Assembly (NCBI GenBank): GCA_964247055.1
Contig: OZ176051.1
Coordinates: forward strand, 8,928,001 to 8,992,000
DNA: 64,000 bases
DNA from: Paragordius varius
Lineage: Eukaryota > Animalia > Nematomorpha
Direction of reading: 5' to 3'
The notes beneath the pieces are model-generated. The model saw nothing but the letters and a program-made list of their open reading frames with translations. It made no database searches and was not told where the DNA came from. Positions within the stretch are counted from its first letter, which is position 1, and each line of letters starts with the position of its first letter. This document shows positions 1-12,097 of the stretch, piece by piece. A program made the position numbers and the translations under genes.

Positions 1-267
1 TATAATTCATCCATCACAAAAATATTTAATAATGTATAATTAATAATCTGTAAAATAAGAGTAAAAAAACAATATTTTTAAAGTTAAAATTCATTTTGTA
101 ATACAAAAACTTTGGTGCAAATTTCGTATTTATAACATTATGCCGACAAATGATAATCAACAACATTTTTAATTTTCAAGTGTATAATCTTTTTGTTTAA
201 TATTCATAGCTTTTCCATAAGTGTTTTTAATTTTTTTATAACATAATATTATTATTATTAAATAAAC

Positions 268-3035
268 CTTTATCCCGCATATAATGGATTTCATCAAAAA
301 TGACCCACCCAACTTCTCTCATGACTTCTGAGCCCTTGTACAACATACTTCGCAAAATCTACAGGAATTTAGTCAGTATTAGTAGTAAAATAAAATTAGG
401 GTTAAAAAACAAGGTGTGTAATGTTGTAGTTGTATTAACTCGAAATAATCTAGGTCAAGTCATACATGTTTTATCCTTTTTTGACAATTACGGTAATACG
501 GTGAAATACGGTCTCCAAACATTACCGAAACATAGGCTAATAGTTAAAATTATAGTCCATCTTTTCTTAAATACTAGTTGATTAAAAAGAATTAAAAACC
601 TTGACTAAATTTTCCAATGTTCGGAGTAAAAAAGTACATATTTTTAAGTGCTAAATTTTTCCATACAAATACACTGAAATATGGAATAAGAATAACATTA
701 TATTTAACAATCCGACTTTATGCTACCGTAAAATAAGAATCTAAAATATAATTTAAATCTTTATTGCGGTTTTTTTGTTAACTATTTTTATAAAATTCAA
801 TTACGGAGATATATCCCTTATCTCGATATTTAAAACTAATCACACAGCCTATGTACATAAACAAATTTAAACTAAAAAAATGCATGTATATACCAATTAA
901 AATATGGTTCTTTGTAAAAACTACAAGTTGTACTAAACTTTCTTATATTCGCAACGCGTAAAAAATGAAAAAAAAAGTTGTGGGACAATTTACTTCAGTC
1001 GTCATAACTAAGCAACTTCCGGAAGGGTTTATCGTAATATCACCGGTCATGAGTCCGACCTCATCAGCGCCAAATTGGTCGTATAATTCGCGATATTTTT
1101 GATTGCTTAGAGCTTTGATGGGTGTCGTGTAAATGACACGTTGTTTGTCACGCAATGACATTGCTATGGCATATCTAAAAAGTTCAAAATATATATATAT
1201 ATATATATAGACCAGTTTACATGCCTAGGAGACGTCATAGACTCTAAAGGCCATATAACTGGAGCAATAAGGAAACGAATTTAACAAGCATGGGGTAAAA
1301 ACTCTCTAAAATTTATTCTTAAAAATAAAAATGTATCTAACAATAATAAATGGCTATACAAAGCAGGTGTCAGGCCAGCTCTTACTTACGCCACCGAAAC
1401 ATGGCCCCTAAATAAAACAAATCTTGACAAAATGATAAATACGGAAAACAAAATAATCAAAGCTTGCTGTTCTGACTATAATTTTCATCTTAAACACAAA
1501 AATGACACAGTAGAAAAGTTTATACGAAGCAGGCTTAAATACTTGGGCCACATTGAAAGAAGACAAACCGACCACCCACTCCAAACCATTAAGCACATAC
1601 AACCCTTTAGAAACAACCGCAAAGGGCGCCCAACACATTCCTGAAGCGACAACATTAAAAATGACATAATACTAAACCTCGACATTACCAAATGCCTAGA
1701 TAAGGACCTTTGGAATGTTAATGGAAACCTTAAATGAAGTCAAAAAGCCATCAAGTATCAAGTAATTAAGTATATATATATATACCTCTGCTAATTTATT
1801 TTTATTTTACGAAAGTTTAAGTTTTTAATAAATTTGTGTATATGTGCAGATTTTTTAGAAACAATACAAAAATATGTCAAATCTCTGGCTTTGAATTTAT
1901 GGAATATTTAAAAAACTAATTCGATTCGCTTTTATAGTAAAAAATAAATACGATACTAAATGACAAAATGTTTTTCTATTATGGGTTTATCAATTTAATT
2001 TTTTAAACTAAAAAAACTAACATTAAATGACGCATCAACTTTGGAAATTCTCGCTTATAAAGGTAAAATCTTTAGCTTTAAAAAATAAAATAGTGAAAAA
2101 TGGTCAATATAATAAGGCATGCTAGGTGTTTTTTTCTAAGGATTATAAAGCGGTCGGTTTTTAAATTTATATAACTAAATTTAAAATGTACTATACAAAA
2201 TCTTATGGATTAATAAACATAATCCTGATTAATGTTATTAGATTAGTTTAAATATTCTGGTTGGGCAACATAACCCATATTTAACAAATTATTGTCCTAT
2301 TGCAATGCAATATAAGTAAAGTTCAAAAATATCAAGATTAAAAATTTTGTTTATGGAAAAAAAGGTTGTATTTTAAAGCCTTACTCAGCAATCGCTGTTT
2401 TTCCAGCTGAGGTATGAGCGGAAACTAAAACGCTTTGATAATTTTCCAATACTTGAACCGCTTCACGTTGAAATGGATCCAAAGTAAAAGAATACTCTTT
2501 AGCCGGTTTATATTTTTCGCCTGAGTTTTCTGGTGGCAAATTGGAATAAAATTCACGCTCCATATCAATTAATGGGACATAACTTAATCCTGGTGGGATT
2601 GCAACCTATGGTAAAAAATGTAAAATTATTAAAAACGTGTTCAAGATTCTAAATTATTTTAGGGATTGTTTGTAATAACTTAATATATATCACGTTTAAG
2701 TCTGAAAATTATATTATATACTATAATATTTTGTTGTAATGGAAAATATATTAAACCTCGTGTAAACACTCCTTGGTATCAACTGTGTGAATCATTATAT
2801 GAGGCATATTATCTAATTCTCTAAATATTAAAATAAGTTAATTACACAGACACATCTTGGAAACCAGGGTTTTTCACATTTGTATCAATATCATCAACAA
2901 TATTTATATCAACAACCTCGTCAATTCTAAAATAAATTTAGGTACGAACTTTTGATTTTGATCTTGTAATTTTATTTTTTTTGTTGGCAACACATAATTA
3001 GTGTCGAAAACATCAAAAAGTTTGTCTGTCTCCAT
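268..3035 (-). CDS. MTREX: Exosome RNA helicase MTR4/SKIV2L2, 5' part (continues past the left edge). Exons 3035-2950, 2926-2846, 2820-2757, 2605-2385, 1174-994, 358-268
   Basis: Spliced frame reads [11 protein letters not shown]...KECLHE|VAIPP...[71 protein letters not shown]...[22 protein letters not shown]|[30 protein letters not shown]. These are the Q, I, Ia, Ib and DEIH motifs of Ski2-like/MTR4 helicases. All introns are GT-AG with consistent phases. Confidence 0.95.
1211..1770 (+). mobile_element. 3' fragment of an RTE-like non-LTR retrotransposon in MTREX intron 4
   Basis: Degenerate coding similar to LINE RT C-termini ([36 protein letters not shown]). Flanked by (AT)n at 1189-1208 and (TA)n at 1771-1784. 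Confidence 0.8.
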
Positions 3036-3112
3036 TGATAGGTAAAATTCTTAAAACTAGCTGTTTCAAAATACCAAATTTTCCTTTTGTGTGTTAGGTT
3101 TCCTTGATAAGC

Positions 3113-3559
3113 ATGGCTCAAAAGATGTTTGAACAAAAGTTAGAAGAAATTATGGGACAAATCGATACCAAATATTTAAGAAAAATTCATGTATATTATT
3201 TAAATTATAATAGCGGACAGTGTTTGAATGCTCAATTGCATGCTGCGAAGATAAATCTTCCTCAATAAAAGAATTTCAACATTGTTTAAACAAATGCTCT
3301 AAACCAATAGTCCAATCACAACAATTTATTGAACATGAGATCCAATCTTTTCAAGTATTTTATATCCATATATAAGAATAGGTTGCAACGATGTGCAAAT
3401 GATTGCCAAGATTCCGTTCGCGATCGCATCACTGATAAAAATGGACAACAAGCCCAAAAAGAATTCGATGTTTGTGTAGACAACTGTTTTTCAAGCCATA
3501 TTGACAAGCTTATACCTTTAACTGATCGAATTAATCAGCATTTTGATTCACTTTTATGA
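3113..3559 (+). CDS. FAM136A: FAM136A-family mitochondrial Cx3C-motif protein, 133 aa. Exons 3113-3190, 3214-3354, 3377-3559
   Basis: Removing 23-nt and 22-nt GT-AG introns gives MAQKMFEQKLEEIMGQIDTKYLRKIH|RTVFECSIACCEDKSSSIKEFQHCLNKCSKPIVQSQQFIEHEIQSFQ|NRLQRCANDCQD...EFDVCVDNC...*. The Cys spacing and length match FAM136A as I recall it. Confidence 0.9.
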
Positions 3560-4989
3560 TTTAATAAAATTATTTTATAACATTCCAAAAATGAAATTGG
3601 CGTTACGATTTTTATCAGAAATGATTGAGATTCTTTAGTGTTATAATCGGTTGCACTGAGTTGTTGAATTTTAAACCCATTATTAACAATTGTTAACAGG
3701 TATTGGGCTCACACTAATGTGTCCCGATAGGCTCTTTTTGCAGTACACTGCTGGGTTTTGACTGCGCTGACTGTACAGCTTTTTAATTAAATTTTTCATA
3801 TATATATTAAGAAAAAATTATTGATAAATTTGATAGATTACTTTGTTAAAATAATCCCAATTTGTTAAAAAATTGATTTTGCGGTACAAAACTAACATTG
3901 TCTTATATACAATTGGTTAATATTTCATTTTTTAGTCGAATTTTACACGAAAATTGGAGGTGGACCGGTCAGCCGCTTATTGTAGCCGACTCCACGGCAA
4001 GATTTAGACTAATGGCCCTTCTCAGGGCTTGCAAAAAAATTGAAAATTATTAATATAGAAAAAAATAGATGTTTTGAAAATTCAATTTTTGATTCATTTA
4101 ATTAATTTAAATATTGTTTAAGTTTAATTAATTTAAAATTTATAAACGGAAAATTAAATCCGCAACATATTTTTTTTCAAAATATTTGGCATATGATTTC
4201 GATAATACCTTTTTTCATAATAAAAAATAAACATATTTTATATTGAGAGTGGGGGGGGGGCGCCATGATATCCTTAATTTTTACCTTCCTAACCTTTTTG
4301 ATCCAATTTTTTTATTTTATTTTTTACACAAACAAATTTTAGACTTACGTTAATTTAGGCACATGCACACCCCATAACAAATAATTTTTTTACCAATTCT
4401 TTTTATTACTTTTCTTTCCGTGTCTTATATCTATATATAACAACGTTTAATAACTTTAAGTCTCCTCATCAAATTAATTATTAACTCTTTGAACCCTGTA
4501 GGATCTAGAACACAGGTATTGTTATATATTCATTATTATTTTAGCTTTGTAATGCGTCAGTCTTCAATATATCTGGTAACATTAGCTTACATGGTTTCGA
4601 CTAATAGTTATAAAATCAGATTTATTCTAAGAAATAATGTTTAATTTATTTATGCTTTCCCAACCACAATTTCAAGACTTATAATTTGGATTCGTCGATA
4701 TATAAACATGTATTTTTTTATTAACATTACGGCAGTTTTGCAACTTCGCTTCTATTACCTTTATATTAATAGTCTCAAACGTTCAGAATTATTAAATAGA
4801 GGGTAAGTTTAGTTTTTCTGAAAAGTGGTATTGCTCGAGTTAAAGAGAGAATATTTCATAAGTCGTAACCGCAACATATATATGTATTAAATTGGTTATA
4901 ATTTTCATAAAAATTATACAAAGTTCTTTTGTAGGCCTAACGAATGTTATTTTAAAGTTGTATATTAAGGCAGAAACTATTATCGACTC

Positions 4990-5530
4990 GCATCAAATAT
5001 TAACTTCAATGTGTCCTTAAATTCAAGTTGGTGCTTGAATATTTTAAATTGGTCCTAGAACACTTCAGTTGGTCCTTAAACTTTTTGATTTTGCCTTTAA
5101 CCGCAATTTTTGCATATAATTATATTTTTAATATGTAATCTTATATTATTAGTGTTTTTTCATTCAAAATTAATTTTCCATTTAAAAACAACTTCTTTTA
5201 TTTCGATCAATTTTTCAACTTCAACAATATTTTTTATTTAAGTTAGTAAGGTAAAATTCATAAACCAAAAAACTTAATTATATTTGATTTCACACTATAA
5301 TTTAATTTTAAAATATTTTTAAAAAAAAAATAATAATGTACCGTTTTTATAGAATAGAATTTGATATTTGTTTCAAAGTTAATTTATAAAATAGATTAAA
5401 AGATGATATGATAGATTAATTAAACATGTTTTGATTAATAAATGTTTAATACTATGTAAATATGTTCACAACTTGAATGTTCAAGGACCAGCTTGCAATG
5501 TTCAAGGACTATCTTGAAGTGTTACTCTTG
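4990..5530. mobile_element. Small non-autonomous TIR element with ~20-bp subterminal tandem repeats (CACTA/EnSpm-like right end)
   Basis: Repeated TTGGTCCTTAAA-like units at ~5005-5085 are mirrored by TTCAAGGACCAG-like units at ~5475-5520. The right end TTGCAGTG-TA reads CACTGCAA on the minus strand. The left terminus is not clearly defined. Confidence 0.45.
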
Positions 5531-6016
5531 CAGTGTAAATGGTATTAATAATAAATAGGTCTAAACTTTTTAGTAAGGAATGCTTAAATTTAGCTGACAT
5601 TTGATAAATTTATAGTAGAATTAGAATCAGCTGACGTTTTTTAACGATCATCTTATATTGAAAGTACGGACTTTTAGAATTAAAAAACCCAAGATTTCAT
5701 ACTATCAACAAATTCAGAGCGTAAATGTATTTTTTTGACAGTCAAAAACAGTCTTTGGTTGTAATTCCGATTTTTTATTCTGGGTTACCCCAACCTTTGT
5801 TAATATAAACTTCATCATTAGGCCCATGTTTTAATTTATTAAAATCTTTCACGTGTAATATAAACGATTCTTACTTCATTTGATATCTAGTTGTACAATT
5901 AGATCTTGATAATGGAGTAAAATATTTTAAGAAGCCTCCATAAAAAACGACACAATCATTCAAAAAAAATAATCTTAACTTTTAGCTTTTTTGTATTACG
6001 GAAAAAAATTTAATGC

Positions 6017-6057
<41 letters not shown>

Positions 6058-6059
<2 letters not shown>

Positions 6060-7500
6060 CCCATTTTCAAAAATAAAGGAGATATCCTAACCTGTTCCTC
6101 ATACAGGCCCTTAAAACTTCTTGAACATGGGTTAAAAAATTTTGAAATGTGCCTCAAAAATCGTATCGTCCAGCTCATATCAATTAATCCAATGCAATTC
6201 GCCTTTTCAGCGGGCAAAAGCACAATCGATCCAATTTTACTACTCAGACAATTACAAGATAAATACCGAGCAAAAGGTCGTAAACTATTCCACCTTTTTG
6301 TCGATTTAGAAAAGGCTTACGACTCAGTACCTAGAGCACTAATAATAGAATCACTGCGCTACAACAACGTAGATGAATATACCATTAAGTTAATTATGTT
6401 AATCTACACTAACTCAATCAGTTGTGTTCTTACTCCTGTTGGGAATTCAGAGTATTTTAGTATAAATACTGGGCTGCATCAGGGATCTGTCCTTAGCCCA
6501 CTTCTTTTTATAGCTATAATTGATTACATAACAAAAGATATGAGAGAAGGTCTGCCTTATGAATTTCTTTATGCAGACGACCTCATAATCACTGCAGAAG
6601 ATATTTCAATACTCGAAAATAAATATCTTATATGGTCAAAACAATTACATAAATACGGTCTTAAAATCAATACAAACAAAACTAAAATTCTAATCACAGG
6701 AGATGAACATAAAACTATAAAGTTCCCATGCCCAGTGTGCACCACTGAGTTAAAACTAAACTCACTTTGTTGTACAAAATGCAGAAATTGGGTCCATAAA
6801 AAATGTTCCAACATAAAAGGAAAGTTAATTAATAATAATAATTTCATCTGCACACCATGTGCTTCATCAATACCACTACCAATATCGAATCCACGTACTT
6901 TAAACTTTAATGGAGATAAACTAGAAGTTGTAATTTCCATATCTGGGCGATTATATAGCATCTGATGGTTCTTTGAGGGATGCCATTTCTCATAGAATCA
7001 GACAAGGATGGGCCAAATTCAATCAATTAAAATATATTTTAACTAATAAAAATATCAAATCGAATCACAAGATAAAGATTTACAAAATGGGAATAAGACC
7101 AGCTATGACATACGCTACAGAAACCTGGGCCCTTACAGCAACAAACCTAAATAGACTTACTAGAGCTGAAAATCACATGCTCAAAATCTGTAACAATAAT
7201 TTTGATAATATATAGAAGAAGATGAACCCATAGCTTTATTCATTCAGCGCAATCGATTGCGATATTACGGACATATTCAACGTATGAATTCCGATAACTG
7301 GGTCCAAAAAATACAACATTTAAATATACCCGGCCCAAACAGAAAAGGCCGCCCTAAGCTCACATGGTCCAAACAGCTGACCCAAGATCTATCACACTTC
7401 AATATTGAACGCGAACAAGTCTTTGATAGGACATTGTTCAGATGGTGCATGGAAACCCCAGATACCCTGGGACCTAAAATGAATGGATGGATGGATATAT
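6058..7500 (+). mobile_element. 5'-truncated RTE-like LINE: reverse transcriptase with a PHD-like zinc-finger insert; defective
   Basis: ORF 5991-6965 has RT motifs YRPLKLL, QFAF..GKST, FVDLEKAYDSVPR, GLHQGSVLSPLLF and YADD, followed by CPVC..CCTKCRNWVHKKCS..FICTPC. A frameshift near 6930 and a later stop are followed by IRPAMTYATETW and RYYGHIQRM. Ends in an (ATGG)n-like tail. Confidence 0.92.
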
Positions 7501-7918
7501 ATAATGATAGAACATATCCCAAACGAAATTAAAGCATATATAGCTGATATCGGATAATATATTATATTAATAATGAGAAAGAGGGAATGATAGGTCAACG
7601 GATATTCACATATCACGTTTATTATATATTAATTTTTAATTAAGTTTGCTGTTTTAGCCCTTCCGTTTTAATTTAATAAAAAAAATTTATACTTTTTTTA
7701 AAACTAATAAATCCATTTTGTATATTTTAAATATAGAATTTAAAAAAAATTAGACAATAAAACTTTTATTAGATTAATTAATATATTTTCATAAGCCAAA
7801 TATATAACATTTATTATAACAACAACTATTAAAAATGATAGTATAAATTATGAAGTATATTAGTATGCCATCAAAAGTTTTAATTGTCGTAATGAGTAAT
7901 GCAAATAATAAGCTTATA

Positions 7919-10900
7919 TTAATTTGGCGAATACCACGTTTGAACATTCCTTTTGTCAAATGATAAAATTTTATGGGGTAACATTAAACCATCATGTAAA
8001 GAATTCGTTTTCGCATCTTTTATAGCATCGGCTTCTTTATGATTGCAATTATTTTTTGTAGCTATTGGTATTAATTTTGTAGTTTCCAAATTAGAATCAA
8101 GAGTTTTCATAAAATTTTCAATCAAAAACCTAACACTGTCGGAGATGGGATAATCTTTGGCCTCTAACAAATCTTTGACCTGTTAAATAAAGCATAGAGA
8201 GTGTTAAATATTTAAAAAGCGGATTAATTTTATTTGTCTATGGTTAAGTTTTAACATATTTTATAAATAACGGTTAAATATGAATATTGAAATAAAAATA
8301 AATTTAGTTTTCAAAATTTTTAAAACCTTTTTAATCATGCTACCAAATAGTTGTTAATGTTCCCAAAAAATTCTGTTATGGCTTTGGTTTTTAGTGTAAC
8401 TAATACTATGCAAATACTAGTCAAAAATATAAGTAATTTATACAACCAAAATTTTATAGACGCTCTATATATCTGAAATATCAAAATATATTTCATTTTA
8501 AATAAAATGGGCATTAAATATGTTTTGAAATATTTAAAAAGAACTTTAATTTCAGCAACCGTTTGAAACCGCTGTTCCAGTTTAAATACAGTTTCAAAAA
8601 AGTTATCAATAGTATCACTTTAACATCCCTTTTTTCTAACGTATTCGAACAAACATGCGTGCCTCGAACTTCTAAACTGCACAATTTTTCAATCATCACT
8701 GTTAGCCCTGGGCAGGCGAGTGTTAAAGCCTTCACAAGTCCGGATACAATTTAGGTCCTTACTCTCAATAAAAAAGAAGAAAAGACACTCTAAACTGTAT
8801 ATTTATTTATTTTTAACAAAAAATGTCATAAAAATACTTTAATCCATTGAGCATCTTGGACTTCGCGAATATCTTTGACAATGTCACAATTTTGGGCACG
8901 AAGAATACAGACGAAATAAAGATCAGAACAGCCGAATAAATAGGTATGATTATGTCTAAAACTTAAAATCCCACCAAATTGTGTAGAGATTCCAGTTTCT
9001 TCCTTAACTTCACGGCAAGCTGTATCGCTTATTTCCTCACCTTTCAAAAAAACAAAACAACATAGAATATCATTGGTGTTTTGCATTTCAGTTTAAATAT
9101 TTTAAAAACACTCTTATAATTCACGAAGTTATCATTATTCAACAATTTTATTTTATTTTATTATTGAGTTTCATTTTATGCATCAAAATTAATCAAAACT
9201 CTAATATTGACCACCTTTTCTGATTCACGCTATCTTATACCCTTCAACATCTTAAATTTGGCCTTGAACATTTCCAACACCATTAAATACAAATAATGAT
9301 TTCAAATTTATCCTAAAAGCAATTCTAATTTTCTGTTAAGTTATCTACACAATAATTGAACCTCAAGTTTATACCTTTTAATTATCTCTTAAAACACAAA
9401 TAAACCCTAGGTTTAATTCTGTTGCAATGACTGATTCATTGTTTTTTATATAGTCAAAATGTTTTTATAGTTTTCAAATTTTCAAATTAAAATGAACAAT
9501 AAATATGCCAAAAAAACTAAAATTCAATTAAATTTCTAGCGTGATTTTAGCCAAAGAGACATAATGTTTAGGGTAAATGTAAATTTAGTGGTATATTAAA
9601 ATATGCACTAAACACAAATTTTAAATGATGCTTAAAAAGTGATATAATATACTTACCAGGCTCAGATAAACCACCAGGAAATTTCCAAAAATGGCCATTA
9701 CGTTTTTCTCGTATAACTAAAACCCGAGGATTAGCCAAAGAATGTAAAGTCATATCCTCAGGATGCATTACAATACCAGACACGCCAACTGTGGTAAAGG
9801 CATAGCTTGGTAAATTAACGTTTTGACGTTTTTCATTACCTTTATATATGTAAAATTAATGAATGTGTTTAAAATTGAATAAAATTATTAAATTTCTGAA
9901 TTATGAATTCGATTAAGTTGATTATATAAAACTTCAGATACTCAAAAAAAGTCAATACAATAAAATGCGCTTTAACATTAAATAGGTATTATTGGTTTGG
10001 CCCAGTTATTGGGATTCCATGGATTAATTTACGATATATGTCTCTATCATTTGTTGCGTTTCGAGGTATGTTCAGGAATTTAAAGTCTTGTTCTATGATT
10101 TGCCTTTAAGGTTGGGGGCAGAAATCTGTAAATCAAGAATTTCCTTTGCAGGTGAGTCTATACTGGATCTGTCTATGTGTCCAAAATACCGATCTCTATT
10201 TGTTCTGATAAAAGCTGTTATTGGTTCTAGTTCAATGGTAAGATTTATCATCATATATTTTAGCATTTTATCTTCCGTTCTTTTCCTCGATTCTAATGTT
10301 TTTGTGATTGTTCAGGTTTCGCTGGCGTAGGTAAGGGTAGGGCGGACACCCACTTTATACATTTTGATTTTATTTTTTACGGTTATGTCTTTATGTGTCA
10401 ATACATATTTGAGTTGATTAAATTTTGCCCAGCCGAGTTTGATACTATGTGATATGGTTGTTTGAGGGTCCCCATTATTATTACTGATATTACCTAAATA
10501 GGTAAAATCGTTGACGATTTCGAACCTACAATCTTCGATACTGAACTCCCTTGATTTAGGGATGTTTGGTTTCCCAGATATACAGCTTTGGCATTTAAAA
10601 TTTTTATTGTCAACTAATTTTCCTTTCAAGTTAGAGCATTTTTTATGGACCCACATTTAACACGATGTACATAGAATGGAATTTGTTTTTACCTCGTTGT
10701 AACAAATGGAGCAAGAATATTTTATGGTTCTTTTTTCATCTCCTGTGATCATTACCTTCGTCTTTTCTATGTTTATTTTTAGCCCATGTTTTTAAAAACA
10801 GTTATGCCATTTAAGGTATGAACTTTTCAGTTCATGGGCTGTTTTTGCTGTTATAACCGCAATATCATTTTCAATTAATTATTCGTTCATCTTTCGTTTA

Positions 10901-12012
10901 AAGAATACTTCAAGAATTTAACATTTTTATAGATTTGGTAATAAGATATTTAAAATTAATTACTTATGTCAACATGTCCATTGCTTGTATCATTTGTTTT
11001 TTCACTTCCATTTGACAAATTGGTGGTTAAATTACTGGCAGAAACATTGTTTTCGACTGTGTCGTGATTGTCATCTGTCGTCCCATTTAAAATTTTGGTT
11101 AACATAACATATTCTTCGTCTGCAACAGGGTGAGTCGATTTATTTTGGCTACGTTTTCCTGTAAAATAATATATAAATGAAAATAACTTTGATGCTTTTT
11201 TAAAGACTTATATAAAATTAACCTAAAAATGGTATTTCTAGAATATGGTTATTCATTATGAATTTTTAACACAGAATAAAAATTTAAAATGTGCGTCCTT
11301 TAATCCAAAAAATTAAAATATGAAAGAAAAAAAAAGCTAAACATTACTTATAATTTTCAAGGAGTGGAAATAATAATCTATTTTATAGACACAAAATTTT
11401 TTGAAAAATATAAAAGTATAACTCAATATCACCTTATAACAATAGTTAAAATAACCTAAAAATTTATTATAATTTATTTAAATATTATCATTTATGTCCC
11501 TATACATGTTAAATGTAATGATAATTTTACGTAGATTAATCCTTAAAGTTTCCATAAATCAATTAGAAACTATAAGACTTATATTAACACCTATCATAAC
11601 TGGGGAATTGATTATATTATATTTAGGCAAAATGTACTGGAAGTAAACGGATATTCATTAAATAATTATGTTTAATGGTGTAATATAAATGCCAAAAATA
11701 ATAAAATTTTAACCTACCTATAGCATGATGGAAAGTGAAACCTTTTTGAATCAAAATTGGGATCCATTTAGTGTCACGTATCCCGACTTTGAACCAAACA
11801 GCTTTAGCCTTTTTACCTCCAGATAATCGGTTACTTTGCCAATCGTCAATACATCGATCAAGCAATTTACTAATATCATCGGGAGACATACATGGAAACG
11901 AAAATCGGCGAGTATCAAGTGTTATACAGTCATACGGATCCAAGAAATATTTAATTGATGGCATATCAGATTCTGAATTTTGTGAGGACGCTGATGATGA
12001 AGAAAGCAACAT
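7919..12012 (-). CDS. NUDT6: Nudix hydrolase 6-like, ~378 aa. Exons 12012-11718, 11158-10964, 9839-9657, 9040-8838, 8179-7919. Start codon uncertain (12012 or 11964)
   Basis: Spliced frame contains AVWFKV..LIQKGFTFHHA, LPSYAFTTVGVSG, VLVIREK..WKFPGGLSEPG|EEISDTACREVKEETGI (Nudix box) and FGCSDLYFVC..EVQDAQWI, matching NUDT6/plant NUDT2-type architecture. All junction phases are consistent. Confidence 0.9.
8560..8760 (+). repeat. Dispersed repeat in NUDT6 intron 4; related copy at ~30370-30620
   Basis: CCTGGGCAGGCGAGTGTTAAAGCCTTCACAAGTC (~8707) resembles CCTGGGAAAGCGACTATTAAAGCTTTCACAAGTC (~30432). Confidence 0.5.
10030..10900 (-). mobile_element. RTE-like LINE 3' fragment with PHD-like insert, in NUDT6 intron 2
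   Basis: Minus-strand coding: LKINIEKTKVMI, MWVHKKCSNLKGKLVDNKNFKCQSC, FTYLGNI, GWAKFNQLKYVLT, VRPTLTYASET. Same family as the copy at 6058. Confidence 0.88.
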
Positions 12013-12097
12013 ACGGTTTTTACAAAGATATTTTTTATTGTTCGTACATAACAACCGAATATTGTTGGCTGCTAAATTTTTTGTTAGACGTTGCAAG

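Noticed and set aside
3950-4030. GC-richer patch that could fold as a small RNA
   Set aside because: No tRNA cloverleaf, A/B boxes or snRNA/snoRNA motifs were recognisable.
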